Origin: an uncultured Candidatus Saccharibacteria bacterium
GTDB taxonomy: Bacteria; Patescibacteriota; Saccharimonadia; CAILAD01; JADZBC01
DNA length: 64,000 bases
Assembly: GCA_964413715.1 (NCBI GenBank)
Contig: CAYPSN010000001.1
Location: 135,573-199,572, forward strand
Direction of reading: 5' to 3'
In this document: positions 18,903-27,323 of the stretch, in pieces
Position numbering within the stretch: the stretch's first letter is position 1
Layout of the letters: each line of letters begins with the position of its first letter
Program-made: the position numbers and the translations under genes
Notes under the pieces: generated by a model
The model's input: only the letters and a program-made list of their open reading frames with translations
What the model was told of the DNA's origin: nothing
Databases searched by the model: none

Positions 18903-18970
18903 ATTCTCTTCCTCTAGTTCGATGATGAGCGGATTACTACATTACCATGAAATAAGTATTCTTACAATAA

Positions 18971-19016
18971 CGAAAGCCGCCCCACGGGGGAGAGGCGACT
19001 CTCTGCCGTGGGGCGG
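18971..19016 (-). terminator. Long GC hairpin ending CTTTCG
   Basis: CCGCCCCACGG...CCGTGGGGCGG-CTTTCG on - strand. Confidence 0.75.
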
Positions 19017-19032
19017 ATGGGTTGTACTTGGG

Positions 19033-19584
19033 TCAGTCGAGGGTTGCGTCGGTAGTGACAACCTCGTTGGCCTTGGCCACGAAGCGTCCGAGGACGGCCA
19101 GCCCCTTGGGGCCGACGAAGGATGCCCGACGTGCATGGCGAAGAACGCTGCGAACCTCATCCTGGAACTCGGAGAAGTAAAAGACCTTGGCCAAGGTAGC
19201 CAGGTCAACCTCCCTTGCGCCTGCCGTTCGTGCAGGCATGAGCGGGCTGTCGCTGCAGCTGAGAGGATCCTCTTGCACGATGCTGACAGACATCCAGATC
19301 GAAGTGATCACCTTGACCAGGTATCCGGTCTCGCGCGGCGAAAGATCGAGGTTGCGACAGATCCGCTTGCGGACCACTTCCGTGATCATCACGCCGGACA
19401 AGTCGATCACCCCTTCAGGCGGACCATCAGAGCCCTTCTTCTGCTTCTTGCCGGACTTCTTCTTCGAAGCCCCCTTCTTCGGCGGCGCCTTGAGCTCGGC
19501 CTTCTTGGAGAGCTTGGGCTTCTTGCCCTTGCCCTTCTTGTTCTTCTTGGCGCCCTTCTTGGGCTCCTTCTTCTTGCTTGCCAT
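19033..19584 (-). CDS. Protein with histone H1/Hc-like Lys-rich N-terminus (GC-rich unit)
   Basis: About 50 residues dominated by K/G/P/A, then globular region; TTGATT-17-TATTAT at 19624-19652. Confidence 0.75.
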   Translation of the reverse strand: MASKKKEPKKGAKKNKKGKGKKPKLSKKAELKAPPKKGASKKKSGKKQKKGSDGPPEGVIDLSGVMITEVVRKRICRNLDLSPRETGYLVKVITSIWMSVSIVQEDPLSCSDSPLMPARTAGAREVDLATLAKVFYFSEFQDEVRSVLRHARRASFVGPKGLAVLGRFVAKANEVVTTDATLD

Positions 19585-19658
19585 GCCGCGCTTCTTTCTG
19601 TAGTTGGACGGCTGAACTTCGCAATAATACTATATTTTGCGTAATAAATCAATACAAC

Positions 19659-19704
19659 CGAAGAACCGCCCACCAGGGACGGAATCTCCGTCCGCAGTGA
19701 GCGG
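19659..19704 (-). repeat. Family-B hairpin repeat, copy 2
   Basis: CGAAGAACCGCCCACCAGGGACGGAATCTCCGTCCGCAGTGAGCGG. Confidence 0.75.
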
Positions 19705-19729
19705 ATTGTTTTGGCAGGGTAGAGCTCTG

Positions 19730-20374
19730 CTAGCGATACCGATAGCGCCTCAGCCGTCGCCAGTAGGGCCAACGCCGCTTGAACTTGCAGCGCAAGCACT
19801 TGCAGACGTTCCAGTGCGTCCGACTGAACCGCTGGCAACGCCAACAGTGGCAGTGGCTGTGTTGCCGCCTTGGAGCGTCGCGCCAGTTCTTCCAGCGCGA
19901 AAACAGTGAGTTGTCATACCAGTACAGCCGCAGCTTGAAGCACTTATACAAGCACCAGCCCACTAGCTGCTCGAGACACAAACCAAGCAGCAAGGATCCG
20001 AAAGCGATCGCTGGCCAGGAATTAGCCAACGTAAAGCTGAACTTTTCACCTCCGCCCAAGTCGAGCATCCACAGAGTGTAGAGCCCACCGAGCGAGATGA
20101 GCAGACCAACTAGCCCCAACCAGCGCAGCGAACTACGCAAGCGTACTTCGCCAGCCTGATCATCGGCCTGGTCGTAGAACGGCGTGCGTTCATCCTTGCT
20201 TGAACCGAAGTGATCAGTATGAGTCTCTTCAACGATCAGGCCCCGCAGCCTATCCGCCTGCGGTGCTGGCTGGGCCATGAAGGCTTCGAGCGTGACCTCA
20301 AGCACAGGGTCCTCGGTGCCAAAAACCTCCTCGACAGCTGCGAAGAGGTCGTCTGGTACTTCATCGTCAGCCAC
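19730..20374 (-). CDS. Orphan 2-TM protein with Cys/His/Arg/Trp-rich tail
   Basis: GGAGG SD; TTGATT-17-TATAAA at 20417-20445. Confidence 0.7.
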   Translation of the reverse strand: MADDEVPDDLFAAVEEVFGTEDPVLEVTLEAFMAQPAPQADRLRGLIVEETHTDHFGSSKDERTPFYDQADDQAGEVRLRSSLRWLGLVGLLISLGGLYTLWMLDLGGGEKFSFTLANSWPAIAFGSLLLGLCLEQLVGWCLYKCFKLRLYWYDNSLFSRWKNWRDAPRRQHSHCHCWRCQRFSRTHWNVCKCLRCKFKRRWPYWRRLRRYRYR

Positions 20375-20452
20375 AGCCGACCTCCTTGATTCGATGTATA
20401 GGAACGAATAGATAGATTTATACGCTGATGAGCAGCATAAATCAACCTAAAC

Positions 20453-20815
20453 AAAAAGGGCCGGGGGTGGGGAGACGAATCCCCCCACCGCACGACCTCA
20501 ACTCGGAGGGATCGGGCCCGCAGACCATCCCAGCGCTCAGCACGCCCCCTTCGGCCGAGTAGCGTACGCCGCCACCGGTGCGATACGCCTCCCGGCGTAT
20601 CTTCCACAATCGTGGTGAGTCCCTGTCTTTCCACTGGGCAGTGGGTGAGTATTTTAGCTTTCCGCTGCGCCTCTACTGGCACTTTTACCTAGCTTATCCA
20701 GCACCCGAGCCCAGATTTGGCTGCTTCGGACAGGGGTGGGGGTCTTTAGGCTAGGAGAGAATCTGAGATTCTCTTAGTTTGGCCGCAAGCAGCCTAGATG
20801 ACGATGGTCACCATG
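20453..20815 (-). ncRNA. Candidate ~360-nt structured ncRNA of unknown class
   Basis: Promoter TTGAAC-16-TAATAT (20822-20849), U-tailed terminator, several stems, no credible ORF. Confidence 0.6.
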
Positions 20816-20854
20816 TGGGCTATATTACGCCTTTTTTGAGTAAGTTCAAGCCTA

Positions 20855-21193
20855 TTATTTATTATCGGACTTTTCGTACTCGCGAATCTTGCGTCGTGCG
20901 ATTGTACTACGAAGCAGGTTGTTGAGGAATGCAGCAATAATACCAATACCGATGAGGAGATAGAAGATAGTAAAGAGTTTACCTAAGTCTGTCTTGGGCG
21001 TAATGTCGCCGTAGCCGACAGTGGTAAGAGTCACCACGCAAAAATAAAGGGAATCAAGCCAGCGTAAACCTTCTACGTAATGGTAGAACACCACGCCAAT
21101 TGCCAATACAGACATTACGCCGAGAGCGATGAGGCGAAAGTTACGCCGAATAGCGTGGGCTTCTTTGGGTGTTAAATCATCTTTGGGTTTCAT
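20855..21193 (-). CDS. Two-TM potassium channel
   Basis: TLTTVGYGD selectivity filter. Confidence 0.92.
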   Translation of the reverse strand: MKPKDDLTPKEAHAIRRNFRLIALGVMSVLAIGVVFYHYVEGLRWLDSLYFCVVTLTTVGYGDITPKTDLGKLFTIFYLLIGIGIIAAFLNNLLRSTIARRKIREYEKSDNK

Positions 21194-21269
21194 AAACTTT
21201 ATTGTACCACGGGCCGTGATGGCCGAACGCTAGGGTTGCCATAACCTAAGCTTATGCTATAGTTATATC

Positions 21270-21335
21270 ATGTCAAAGCACGAACTTCGCGCATTTTCAT
21301 ACTATTACACCGACACCTTTCGTGGCGGCTATTAG
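21270..21335 (+). CDS. Tyr/Phe-rich attenuator leader peptide
   Basis: MSKHELRAFSYYYTDTFRGGY*; -10 TATAGT 6 nt upstream of ATG. Confidence 0.8.
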   Translation: MSKHELRAFSYYYTDTFRGGY

Positions 21336-21390
21336 CATGTATTAAAGCTCATAAACAAACTATAAGTCAGCCGCCACACGGCGGTTTTTT
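21322..21390 (+). promoter_or_regulatory. Attenuator (alternative stem / terminator)
   Basis: GTGGCGGCT (21322-30) complementary to AGCCGCCAC (21369-77), which overlaps terminator CCGCC-ACAC-GGCGG-TTTTTT. Confidence 0.8.
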
Positions 21391-21409
21391 ATTTACAAGG
21401 AATTTAAAC

Positions 21410-21709
21410 ATGAACATACAAACAACTACATTAACAACTCTTCGGACTAAGCTTGATGCAATCGACGACCAGTTGATAAATATATTGGCAGAGCGGTTTG
21501 AACTCACGAGTCAGGTAGGCGAATACAAAGCCAAACACCATCTTCCTGCTATCGATTTGCAGCGAGAAGCAGAGCAGTTTACTCGAATTAGTGAACTTGC
21601 CCTAGCGAAAGGCCTCGACCAAGACTTCGCACGGTCCTTCTTGAGGCTGATCATTGACGAGGTCGTGCGTAATCACGAAGCAATCCGAAAAGATCAGAAC
21701 CATGTGTAA
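21410..21709 (+). CDS. Chorismate mutase (AroQ type II)
   Basis: LR.K.D.ID.Q...LAERF.....VG.YK......D..RE. Confidence 0.9.
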   Translation: MNIQTTTLTTLRTKLDAIDDQLINILAERFELTSQVGEYKAKHHLPAIDLQREAEQFTRISELALAKGLDQDFARSFLRLIIDEVVRNHEAIRKDQNHV

Positions 21710-22409
21710 ATCAATCACATCTATCGGAATAATCGGCAAAGGTGCATTCGGTACACTAGCATTTAGCCTGGTGCCCAGCGGTGTTGCTCGGCACACGTTT
21801 GGGCCAGAGGATAACCAAGAGCAATTCTTGAAAGTTGCGCACTGCGACGCCATTCTTCTTGCCATACCTCTAGGCTCCTACGAGGATGTATTAACAAGAC
21901 TCAAACCACATCTACACCCGGCAACCCTGCTGATTGATGTGTGCTCGGTTAAACTAGGGCCAGCGGAAATCATTGCCAGGCTGCTACCTGAACACAAGGA
22001 GGTCTTACTTACTCATCCACTATTTGGCCCCGAGACGTACTCACGAAGTGGCAGCAGTGCCACGCTCGTCGTTTGCACAGAGCTAACTGGGAAATCAAAG
22101 GATTTTATTAGGTTCTGCAGGGAACAGCTAAATATGAGCATAGTCGCCATGACACCCGAGAAGCATGATAAGGAAATGGCGTTCGTGCATGCCATGACGT
22201 TTTTTATAGCTCGTGGTCTGCGGGAAATCAATCTTGATCATCTCGTGCTTGAGACGCCGTCATTCCGGCATATCAAGCAACTAGCCCATCTGGATAGGAT
22301 ACATAGTCAGGAACTTTTTGAGACCATTGAGCTTGGCAACCCCTATGCAGCTATGGTCAGAGAACACCTCATCGCCAACCTGGAGCGAACCAACAATTCT
22401 CTAAAATAG
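21702..22409 (+). CDS. tyrA: Prephenate/arogenate dehydrogenase
   Basis: IIG.G.FG, D.CSVK, HPLFGP, HD..MA..HA. Confidence 0.88.
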   Translation: MCKSITSIGIIGKGAFGTLAFSLVPSGVARHTFGPEDNQEQFLKVAHCDAILLAIPLGSYEDVLTRLKPHLHPATLLIDVCSVKLGPAEIIARLLPEHKEVLLTHPLFGPETYSRSGSSATLVVCTELTGKSKDFIRFCREQLNMSIVAMTPEKHDKEMAFVHAMTFFIARGLREINLDHLVLETPSFRHIKQLAHLDRIHSQELFETIELGNPYAAMVREHLIANLERTNNSLK

Positions 22410-22423
22410 TAAATAACCTTAAG

Positions 22424-22471
22424 CGAAACGCCCACCTCCATGGGCGCTTCGTAAAGCGATGGAAGTGGGCG
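22424..22471 (-). terminator. Long GC hairpin ending TTTCG
   Basis: CGCCCACTTCCAT...ATGGAGGTGGGCG-TTTCG on - strand. Confidence 0.75.
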
Positions 22472-22482
22472 GGGAGCTGGCC

Positions 22483-22926
22483 CTAGTTGCGGACCACCTC
22501 GATGCACGGTTCCGTGACGGGGCCGACGACGAGCATCTGCGGCTCGCGGTAGACGCCGGTCGGGAGGTCGAGGAATGGGGCATCTGGCCCGTTGAGGAAC
22601 ATGTTGTCCTCGTCATCCCAGGATGGCTCATCTGCCAGCGCCATGGCGATCACCTCGTAGGTGTAGCCGGTCAGGATCTGGAAGTACTTCCGCACCGTCT
22701 CCTCGTCAGCTCGATCGTTGCCGTCAGCTTCGTTCATGAAGTCCGCCAGCTCGTAGCGATCTCGACAAGACTGGTTGTAGGTCACCCGCACGAAGTGCGT
22801 CATGCCGTTCTCGATGCAGAAGGACTGCACTCTCTCCGATGGAACGTCACCGATGACCAACAGCACGTGCTGGCTGGATCCCGAGTGGTCGGGAATGTCG
22901 ATGTATTCTCCTCCGGCTGCACCCAT
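22483..22926 (-). CDS. Orphan acidic protein (GC-rich unit)
   Basis: AAGGAGG SD before ATG 22926; TTGACA-17-TAATAT at 22998-23026. Confidence 0.7.
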   Translation of the reverse strand: MGAAGGEYIDIPDHSGSSQHVLLVIGDVPSERVQSFCIENGMTHFVRVTYNQSCRDRYELADFMNEADGNDRADEETVRKYFQILTGYTYEVIAMALADEPSWDDEDNMFLNGPDAPFLDLPTGVYREPQMLVVGPVTEPCIEVVRN

Positions 22927-23064
22927 GGCTGCCTCCTTGGTCCTGCTACTGGCTTCGGCCAGCACCTTACACACTGCGTGCAAGGAATTAGAGCATTATA
23001 TTAGTATAAATAACCTATTTTGTCAATGCTTACGGTTTTACAACAAGAGGAGTAAAATAGTGGT

Positions 23065-23958
23065 ATGAAAGCCGCCCTCAAAATATCTCGTGTTAGCAAG
23101 AAGTTTGGTAAAAAAACTGCCGTCAGTAACGTGAGCTTGGTAGTTTCCGAAGGAGAAATATTTGGTTTTTTGGGCCCGAATGGTGCAGGCAAGACGACTA
23201 CCATACGGCTCATCCTAAATCACATCAGCCCGAATGCTGGCCGCATTCATGTATATGGCAAAGACAGCGTACAGCACTACGAAGCAGTCCATGCACGCAT
23301 TGGCTACTTAGCAGGCGACATGGCGATGTATACGGGCCTGAGTGGCTGGAACTATCTGAAATTTATGATGAATTTACGCGGCATTCGCGACATGACAGAA
23401 GTGAATCGGCTGGCAGAGGTACTTGAGGCTGACTTAAAGCCGAAGATTAAAACCCTATCGCGTGGCAATCGCCAAAAAATCGGCATTATTGCTGCGATGG
23501 CACACAAGCCCAGCCTTTTGGTACTCGATGAGCCAACCAGCGGACTCGATCCGCTCATGCAAGAAGTGTTTTATTCACTACTGCGCGAGCACAAAAAAGC
23601 TGGTGGCGCGACGTTTATGTCGTCACACAACCTCGCCGAAGTCGAAAAGGTCTGCGACCGAGTTGGATTCATTCGCTCCGGCAAACTTATAGAGGTCAGT
23701 AGTGTACGCGAACTGCGCAAAGCGGCGACCAAAGAATATCGCATCACCCTGGCCAGCACGCCTAACCCAGCGCATTTCAAGAACTTCAGCAGTGTAAGTA
23801 ACGTCGAAATAAGCGGCAAGGAAATTACCTGCAGTGTGAAAGGCCGGCTCAATGAGTTAATTCGGGTACTGAGTAAATATGACGTGGTAAACATCGAAAG
23901 CCGTGAGCTCGAACTGGAAGAAGTTTTCATGAACCTATACGGAGAGCGCCATGTTTAG
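23065..23958 (+). CDS. ABC-2 transporter ATP-binding protein
   Basis: GPNGAGKTT, LSRGNRQK, LDEPTSGLDP, SSH. Confidence 0.95.
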   Translation: MKAALKISRVSKKFGKKTAVSNVSLVVSEGEIFGFLGPNGAGKTTTIRLILNHISPNAGRIHVYGKDSVQHYEAVHARIGYLAGDMAMYTGLSGWNYLKFMMNLRGIRDMTEVNRLAEVLEADLKPKIKTLSRGNRQKIGIIAAMAHKPSLLVLDEPTSGLDPLMQEVFYSLLREHKKAGGATFMSSHNLAEVEKVCDRVGFIRSGKLIEVSSVRELRKAATKEYRITLASTPNPAHFKNFSSVSNVEISGKEITCSVKGRLNELIRVLSKYDVVNIESRELELEEVFMNLYGERHV

Positions 23959-24748
23959 AACCATATTTACCAAAACTCTTTATGACAAACGTTGGATGAT
24001 CTTTGGCTGGAGTATCGGCCTCGCCATTATGAACGCAGTGAACATGGTGTTTTACCCATCATTTGCCAACAGTAGTCAGTACACCGAGCTACTCAATCAG
24101 ATGCCGCCGGAGCTCAAAAGCCTGGTTGGGCAATCGCTAAACTTTGGCAAAATCGAAGGCTACACCAACAGCCAAATCTTTGCACTGAACTTACCTTTAC
24201 TGCTGATTATTCTAGTTATCATGTTTTATTCAGCGACATTAGCAGGCGAGGAAGACAGCGGCACACTCGGAAGCCTGCTTGCACAACCCGTCAGTCGGGC
24301 CAAAGTCTTGGCTCATAAGTTCCTGGCTGGTGTTACCATTACAGGTATTGTATCGATCCTAAGCTGGGTCGGACTAATTGCTGCAATTAAGGCAATTAAT
24401 TACGACATTAGCTTGGTACGAACTCTAGCCGCTACGTTGCAAGCAATGGGTCTGGCACTGGTGTTTGGCAGCTTGGCATATGCAATTGGCGCCATTTCAG
24501 GCAGGCGGTCGTTGGCAGTCTCGGTGCCGACCGTTCTTGCCGTAGCTAGCTTCTTTTTATATTCACTAGCAGCTGGCGTAAAGTCGCTCGAGCCCTATCG
24601 CGTACTGTCGATGTTCTACTACTACAACAAAACCAACGTGCTAGAAAGTGGTCTTAACTATGCAACTTTGGCAGTATTTATAGCACTTACCCTTGGCTTT
24701 GTCGCCCTTGCCTGGCTCGGTTTCCGCAAACGCGACATAAGAAACTAG
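23951..24748 (+). CDS. ABC-2 transporter permease
   Basis: 6 TM, GEEDSGTL..LLAQPVSR, C-terminal FRKRDI. Confidence 0.9.
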   Translation: MFRTIFTKTLYDKRWMIFGWSIGLAIMNAVNMVFYPSFANSSQYTELLNQMPPELKSLVGQSLNFGKIEGYTNSQIFALNLPLLLIILVIMFYSATLAGEEDSGTLGSLLAQPVSRAKVLAHKFLAGVTITGIVSILSWVGLIAAIKAINYDISLVRTLAATLQAMGLALVFGSLAYAIGAISGRRSLAVSVPTVLAVASFFLYSLAAGVKSLEPYRVLSMFYYYNKTNVLESGLNYATLAVFIALTLGFVALAWLGFRKRDIRN

Positions 24749-24868
24749 GGATTTTTATAGCTCTGCATAATTTGTTCGTCGCAACGCAGTAAAGTGCTTG
24801 CGCCTTCTTGCGAACCCATACATAATACATAGCGTCCGTTTGTACCACTACAACAGAAAAGAGCAACG

Positions 24869-25348
24869 GTGAGTGACAGCACGCAAGTCAAATCGAGAAC
24901 GGCGGCACCTCCATGGGAGACCACCCAGGGTGGCAACATCGCCTGGAAGATTGGGGCAGAAAAGAGGGCCGCGACCGAAGGCGTGAGCGTGGCGGTAGCT
25001 GCCGCTCGCGAGTACGTCGGGTACGACAAGAAACGCCAACGGCGCCACCTGCTGGAAGACCTGCCGACGGCCGACGAGGTCAAGCTGGCTGCGGAGCACG
25101 CCCCGAACTACCTGGAGACCCTGCTGAGCAGGCTGGGCGGTGCGATCAGGCGTGAGCTGATCAGCCGGCGAGCACCCAACGCACCGGTGCGCTGCGAGCT
25201 GCTGGTCAACGAAGGCGAGCGGGAGTTCATCCAAGAGCTGCTGAAGCTTCGCGGCTACAGCAGCAGCTGGGATGACACCCACGCACTCGACATGGGCAGC
25301 CTGCAGGACGGTCGCAGCAACCAGGTGCTGCTCCTGCACATCCCCTGA
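24869..25348 (+). CDS. Orphan protein (GC-rich unit)
   Basis: TTGCGC-17-CATAAT at 24798-24826; hairpin ACACCCGATGGTGCC...GGCATCATCGGGTGT downstream. Confidence 0.7.
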   Translation: MSDSTQVKSRTAAPPWETTQGGNIAWKIGAEKRAATEGVSVAVAAAREYVGYDKKRQRRHLLEDLPTADEVKLAAEHAPNYLETLLSRLGGAIRRELISRRAPNAPVRCELLVNEGEREFIQELLKLRGYSSSWDDTHALDMGSLQDGRSNQVLLLHIP

Positions 25349-25502
25349 GCTCAGCCAAGAGCTAACACCCGATGGTGCCACTACGGCATCATCGGGTGTG
25401 TTCATTTTTGCCATAATAATCAAAGAGATGAGTTGATGTATAATACATCTTGACCTAGAGGCGGAGGAGTCCGCACCTTCACACATAGAGGAGGTGGACA
25501 GA

Positions 25503-27131
25503 GTGTCCACACAATCAGAGTTCCTGACCGAAGTTGACGGCCACACAGTCGTCACCCCGGCCGGCAAGGAGTGGCTGGCCAAGATCCTGACCTCTACCGA
25601 GGACCAGGTGTATGCCTTCATGTCCGAAGCCGACCCCGTGATCGTGGCTGCGGCCATGGCTCGGCTCAGCCGTCGTGCTGGAGACATGCGGGTTGCCCTG
25701 CTCGACGAGTTCGCCGGCGATCCTGCCGACGCACCCAAGCTGATCAAGCGAGTCGTCACCGAATATGGCGATGACTCGGTGCAGCAGCTCATCACCATCC
25801 AGTTCGTAGTGGAGGGCGCCAGCAACATACTGACCAAGCTGCTGGAGTGGGGTCGGATCGGTGCAGCGTACCTGGAGCAATCCACGCGCTACATCTACTT
25901 CGACGAGAAGGGTCCGGACGGGAGATACCTGTTCTATGTCCCGGAATCACTCGAACCAGTGCTCGCCCAGCGTTACGAGCGTGACATGAACACGATCTTC
26001 GACATCTACTCGGAGGTCGTGCGTCGCGTCACCGAGCACGTGCGCGCTACCAATCCCAGGCCAGACAAGGCCGAGGACCCGTTCGGGCACAAGGGCTGGC
26101 CTGCAGTTACGCGAGCGCAAGCTTGTGATGCCGCACGTCCGCTCTTGCCGGTGGCAACCAAGTCAACCGTCGGTTTCGCCATGAGCGCGCAGGCCGTCGA
26201 TGCACTGGTGATGCGGCTGCTTGCCCATGAGCTGCCCGAAGCCCAAGCGGTCGGCCGCAAGATCCTCGATCATGCCAGGCTGGTCGTTCCAGCGTTCCTA
26301 GAGCGCACTGACCGGCCTGACCGCGGAGGGCTCACTACAGAGTACTGGCGAGGCACCACTTCGGCCATGGCCGAGCTGGCAGACGAGTTGCTGCCGGCAG
26401 AACCCGCATGGTGGGACATGCGGTCGGTCAAGCTGACCAGCTATTGGCCGCACAGCGAGCTGGACTTGGCGCCAGCGATGCTGTTCGATCACTGCGGATT
26501 GTCACTTCGTGGCATCCAGACGCAGCTGGAGATGCACCGCGACTCGCACCGGGTCAAGGAGCAGATCCTCCAGGCATACGTGGGTGATCGGCTAAACCGT
26601 CGCCACAAGCCCGGCAGGGCGCTAGAGACAGCGCACTTCAGCTGGGAGCTGGTTGCAGATTACGGCGTGTTCCGCGATCTGCAGCGCCACCGTATGGTCG
26701 ACGACCTGCGCTGGCAGCAACTACACCCTGGCTTCGGCTACGAAGTGCCCGAGCTGGTTATCAAGGCTGGCTGTGGAGGTCTGTTCGAGCAGGCCTACGC
26801 CATCTCGGAGCAGTTGTTCTCAGCTATGGCAACTGAGCACGCGGTGGAAGCGCAGTACGCAACCCTGCTAGGTCACCGCATGCGGTTCTGCATGACCACC
26901 AACCTGCGGGAGCTGTTCCACATGCTGGAGTTGCGCACCAGCCCCCAGGGGCACCCTGGCTATCGCAAGCTGTGCCAAGAGATGTACCGCGAACTGCGGT
27001 TCGTCTATCCGCGTTTGGCAGCCGCTATGCAGTTCGTCAATCAGAGTGACAACCTGGACGAACTCACCCGCATGGCAGCCGAACGCGCCACTGCAGCCAA
27101 GTTGGCGGGGCTGGACCAGCCAGAGGGCTAG
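25503..27131 (+). CDS. thyX: Tandem-domain FAD-dependent thymidylate synthase (GC-rich)
   Basis: YGDDSV, YLEQSTRY, RDLQRHR, ELRT...GH..YR; GAGGAGG SD. Confidence 0.88.
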   Translation: MSTQSEFLTEVDGHTVVTPAGKEWLAKILTSTEDQVYAFMSEADPVIVAAAMARLSRRAGDMRVALLDEFAGDPADAPKLIKRVVTEYGDDSVQQLITIQFVVEGASNILTKLLEWGRIGAAYLEQSTRYIYFDEKGPDGRYLFYVPESLEPVLAQRYERDMNTIFDIYSEVVRRVTEHVRATNPRPDKAEDPFGHKGWPAVTRAQACDAARPLLPVATKSTVGFAMSAQAVDALVMRLLAHELPEAQAVGRKILDHARLVVPAFLERTDRPDRGGLTTEYWRGTTSAMAELADELLPAEPAWWDMRSVKLTSYWPHSELDLAPAMLFDHCGLSLRGIQTQLEMHRDSHRVKEQILQAYVGDRLNRRHKPGRALETAHFSWELVADYGVFRDLQRHRMVDDLRWQQLHPGFGYEVPELVIKAGCGGLFEQAYAISEQLFSAMATEHAVEAQYATLLGHRMRFCMTTNLRELFHMLELRTSPQGHPGYRKLCQEMYRELRFVYPRLAAAMQFVNQSDNLDELTRMAAERATAAKLAGLDQPEG

Positions 27132-27323
27132 TTGCCCTTCATTACTACCTGAATGAGATCCCGGTAGTCATGTTTGTTTTTCAAACAGATCTCGGGCCCC
27201 GCGGCAACGCGGGGCCTTTATATTTTGCAAATAGCATTATTCCTTAAGCTTGCTTTGTGAGGATTATGGTTCGATAATTTAGGTAAGAGAGTGATCGATG
27301 AGACTAACTCAGCTGAGGTCAAT

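Noticed and set aside
20236-20682. 148-aa - strand ORF across the candidate ncRNA
   Set aside because: No SD, runs through a terminator and the next promoter, Arg-rich nonsense composition.
20453-20815. tmRNA, RNase P, SRP or lysine riboswitch identity (AGTAGAGGCGC is present)
   Set aside because: Diagnostic ends and motifs are missing, and no lysine-related gene follows.
295-27200. Prophage or single genomic island
   Set aside because: No structural, terminase or integrase genes; GC-rich units are interleaved with host-style genes such as metK, the ABC transporter and tyrA.
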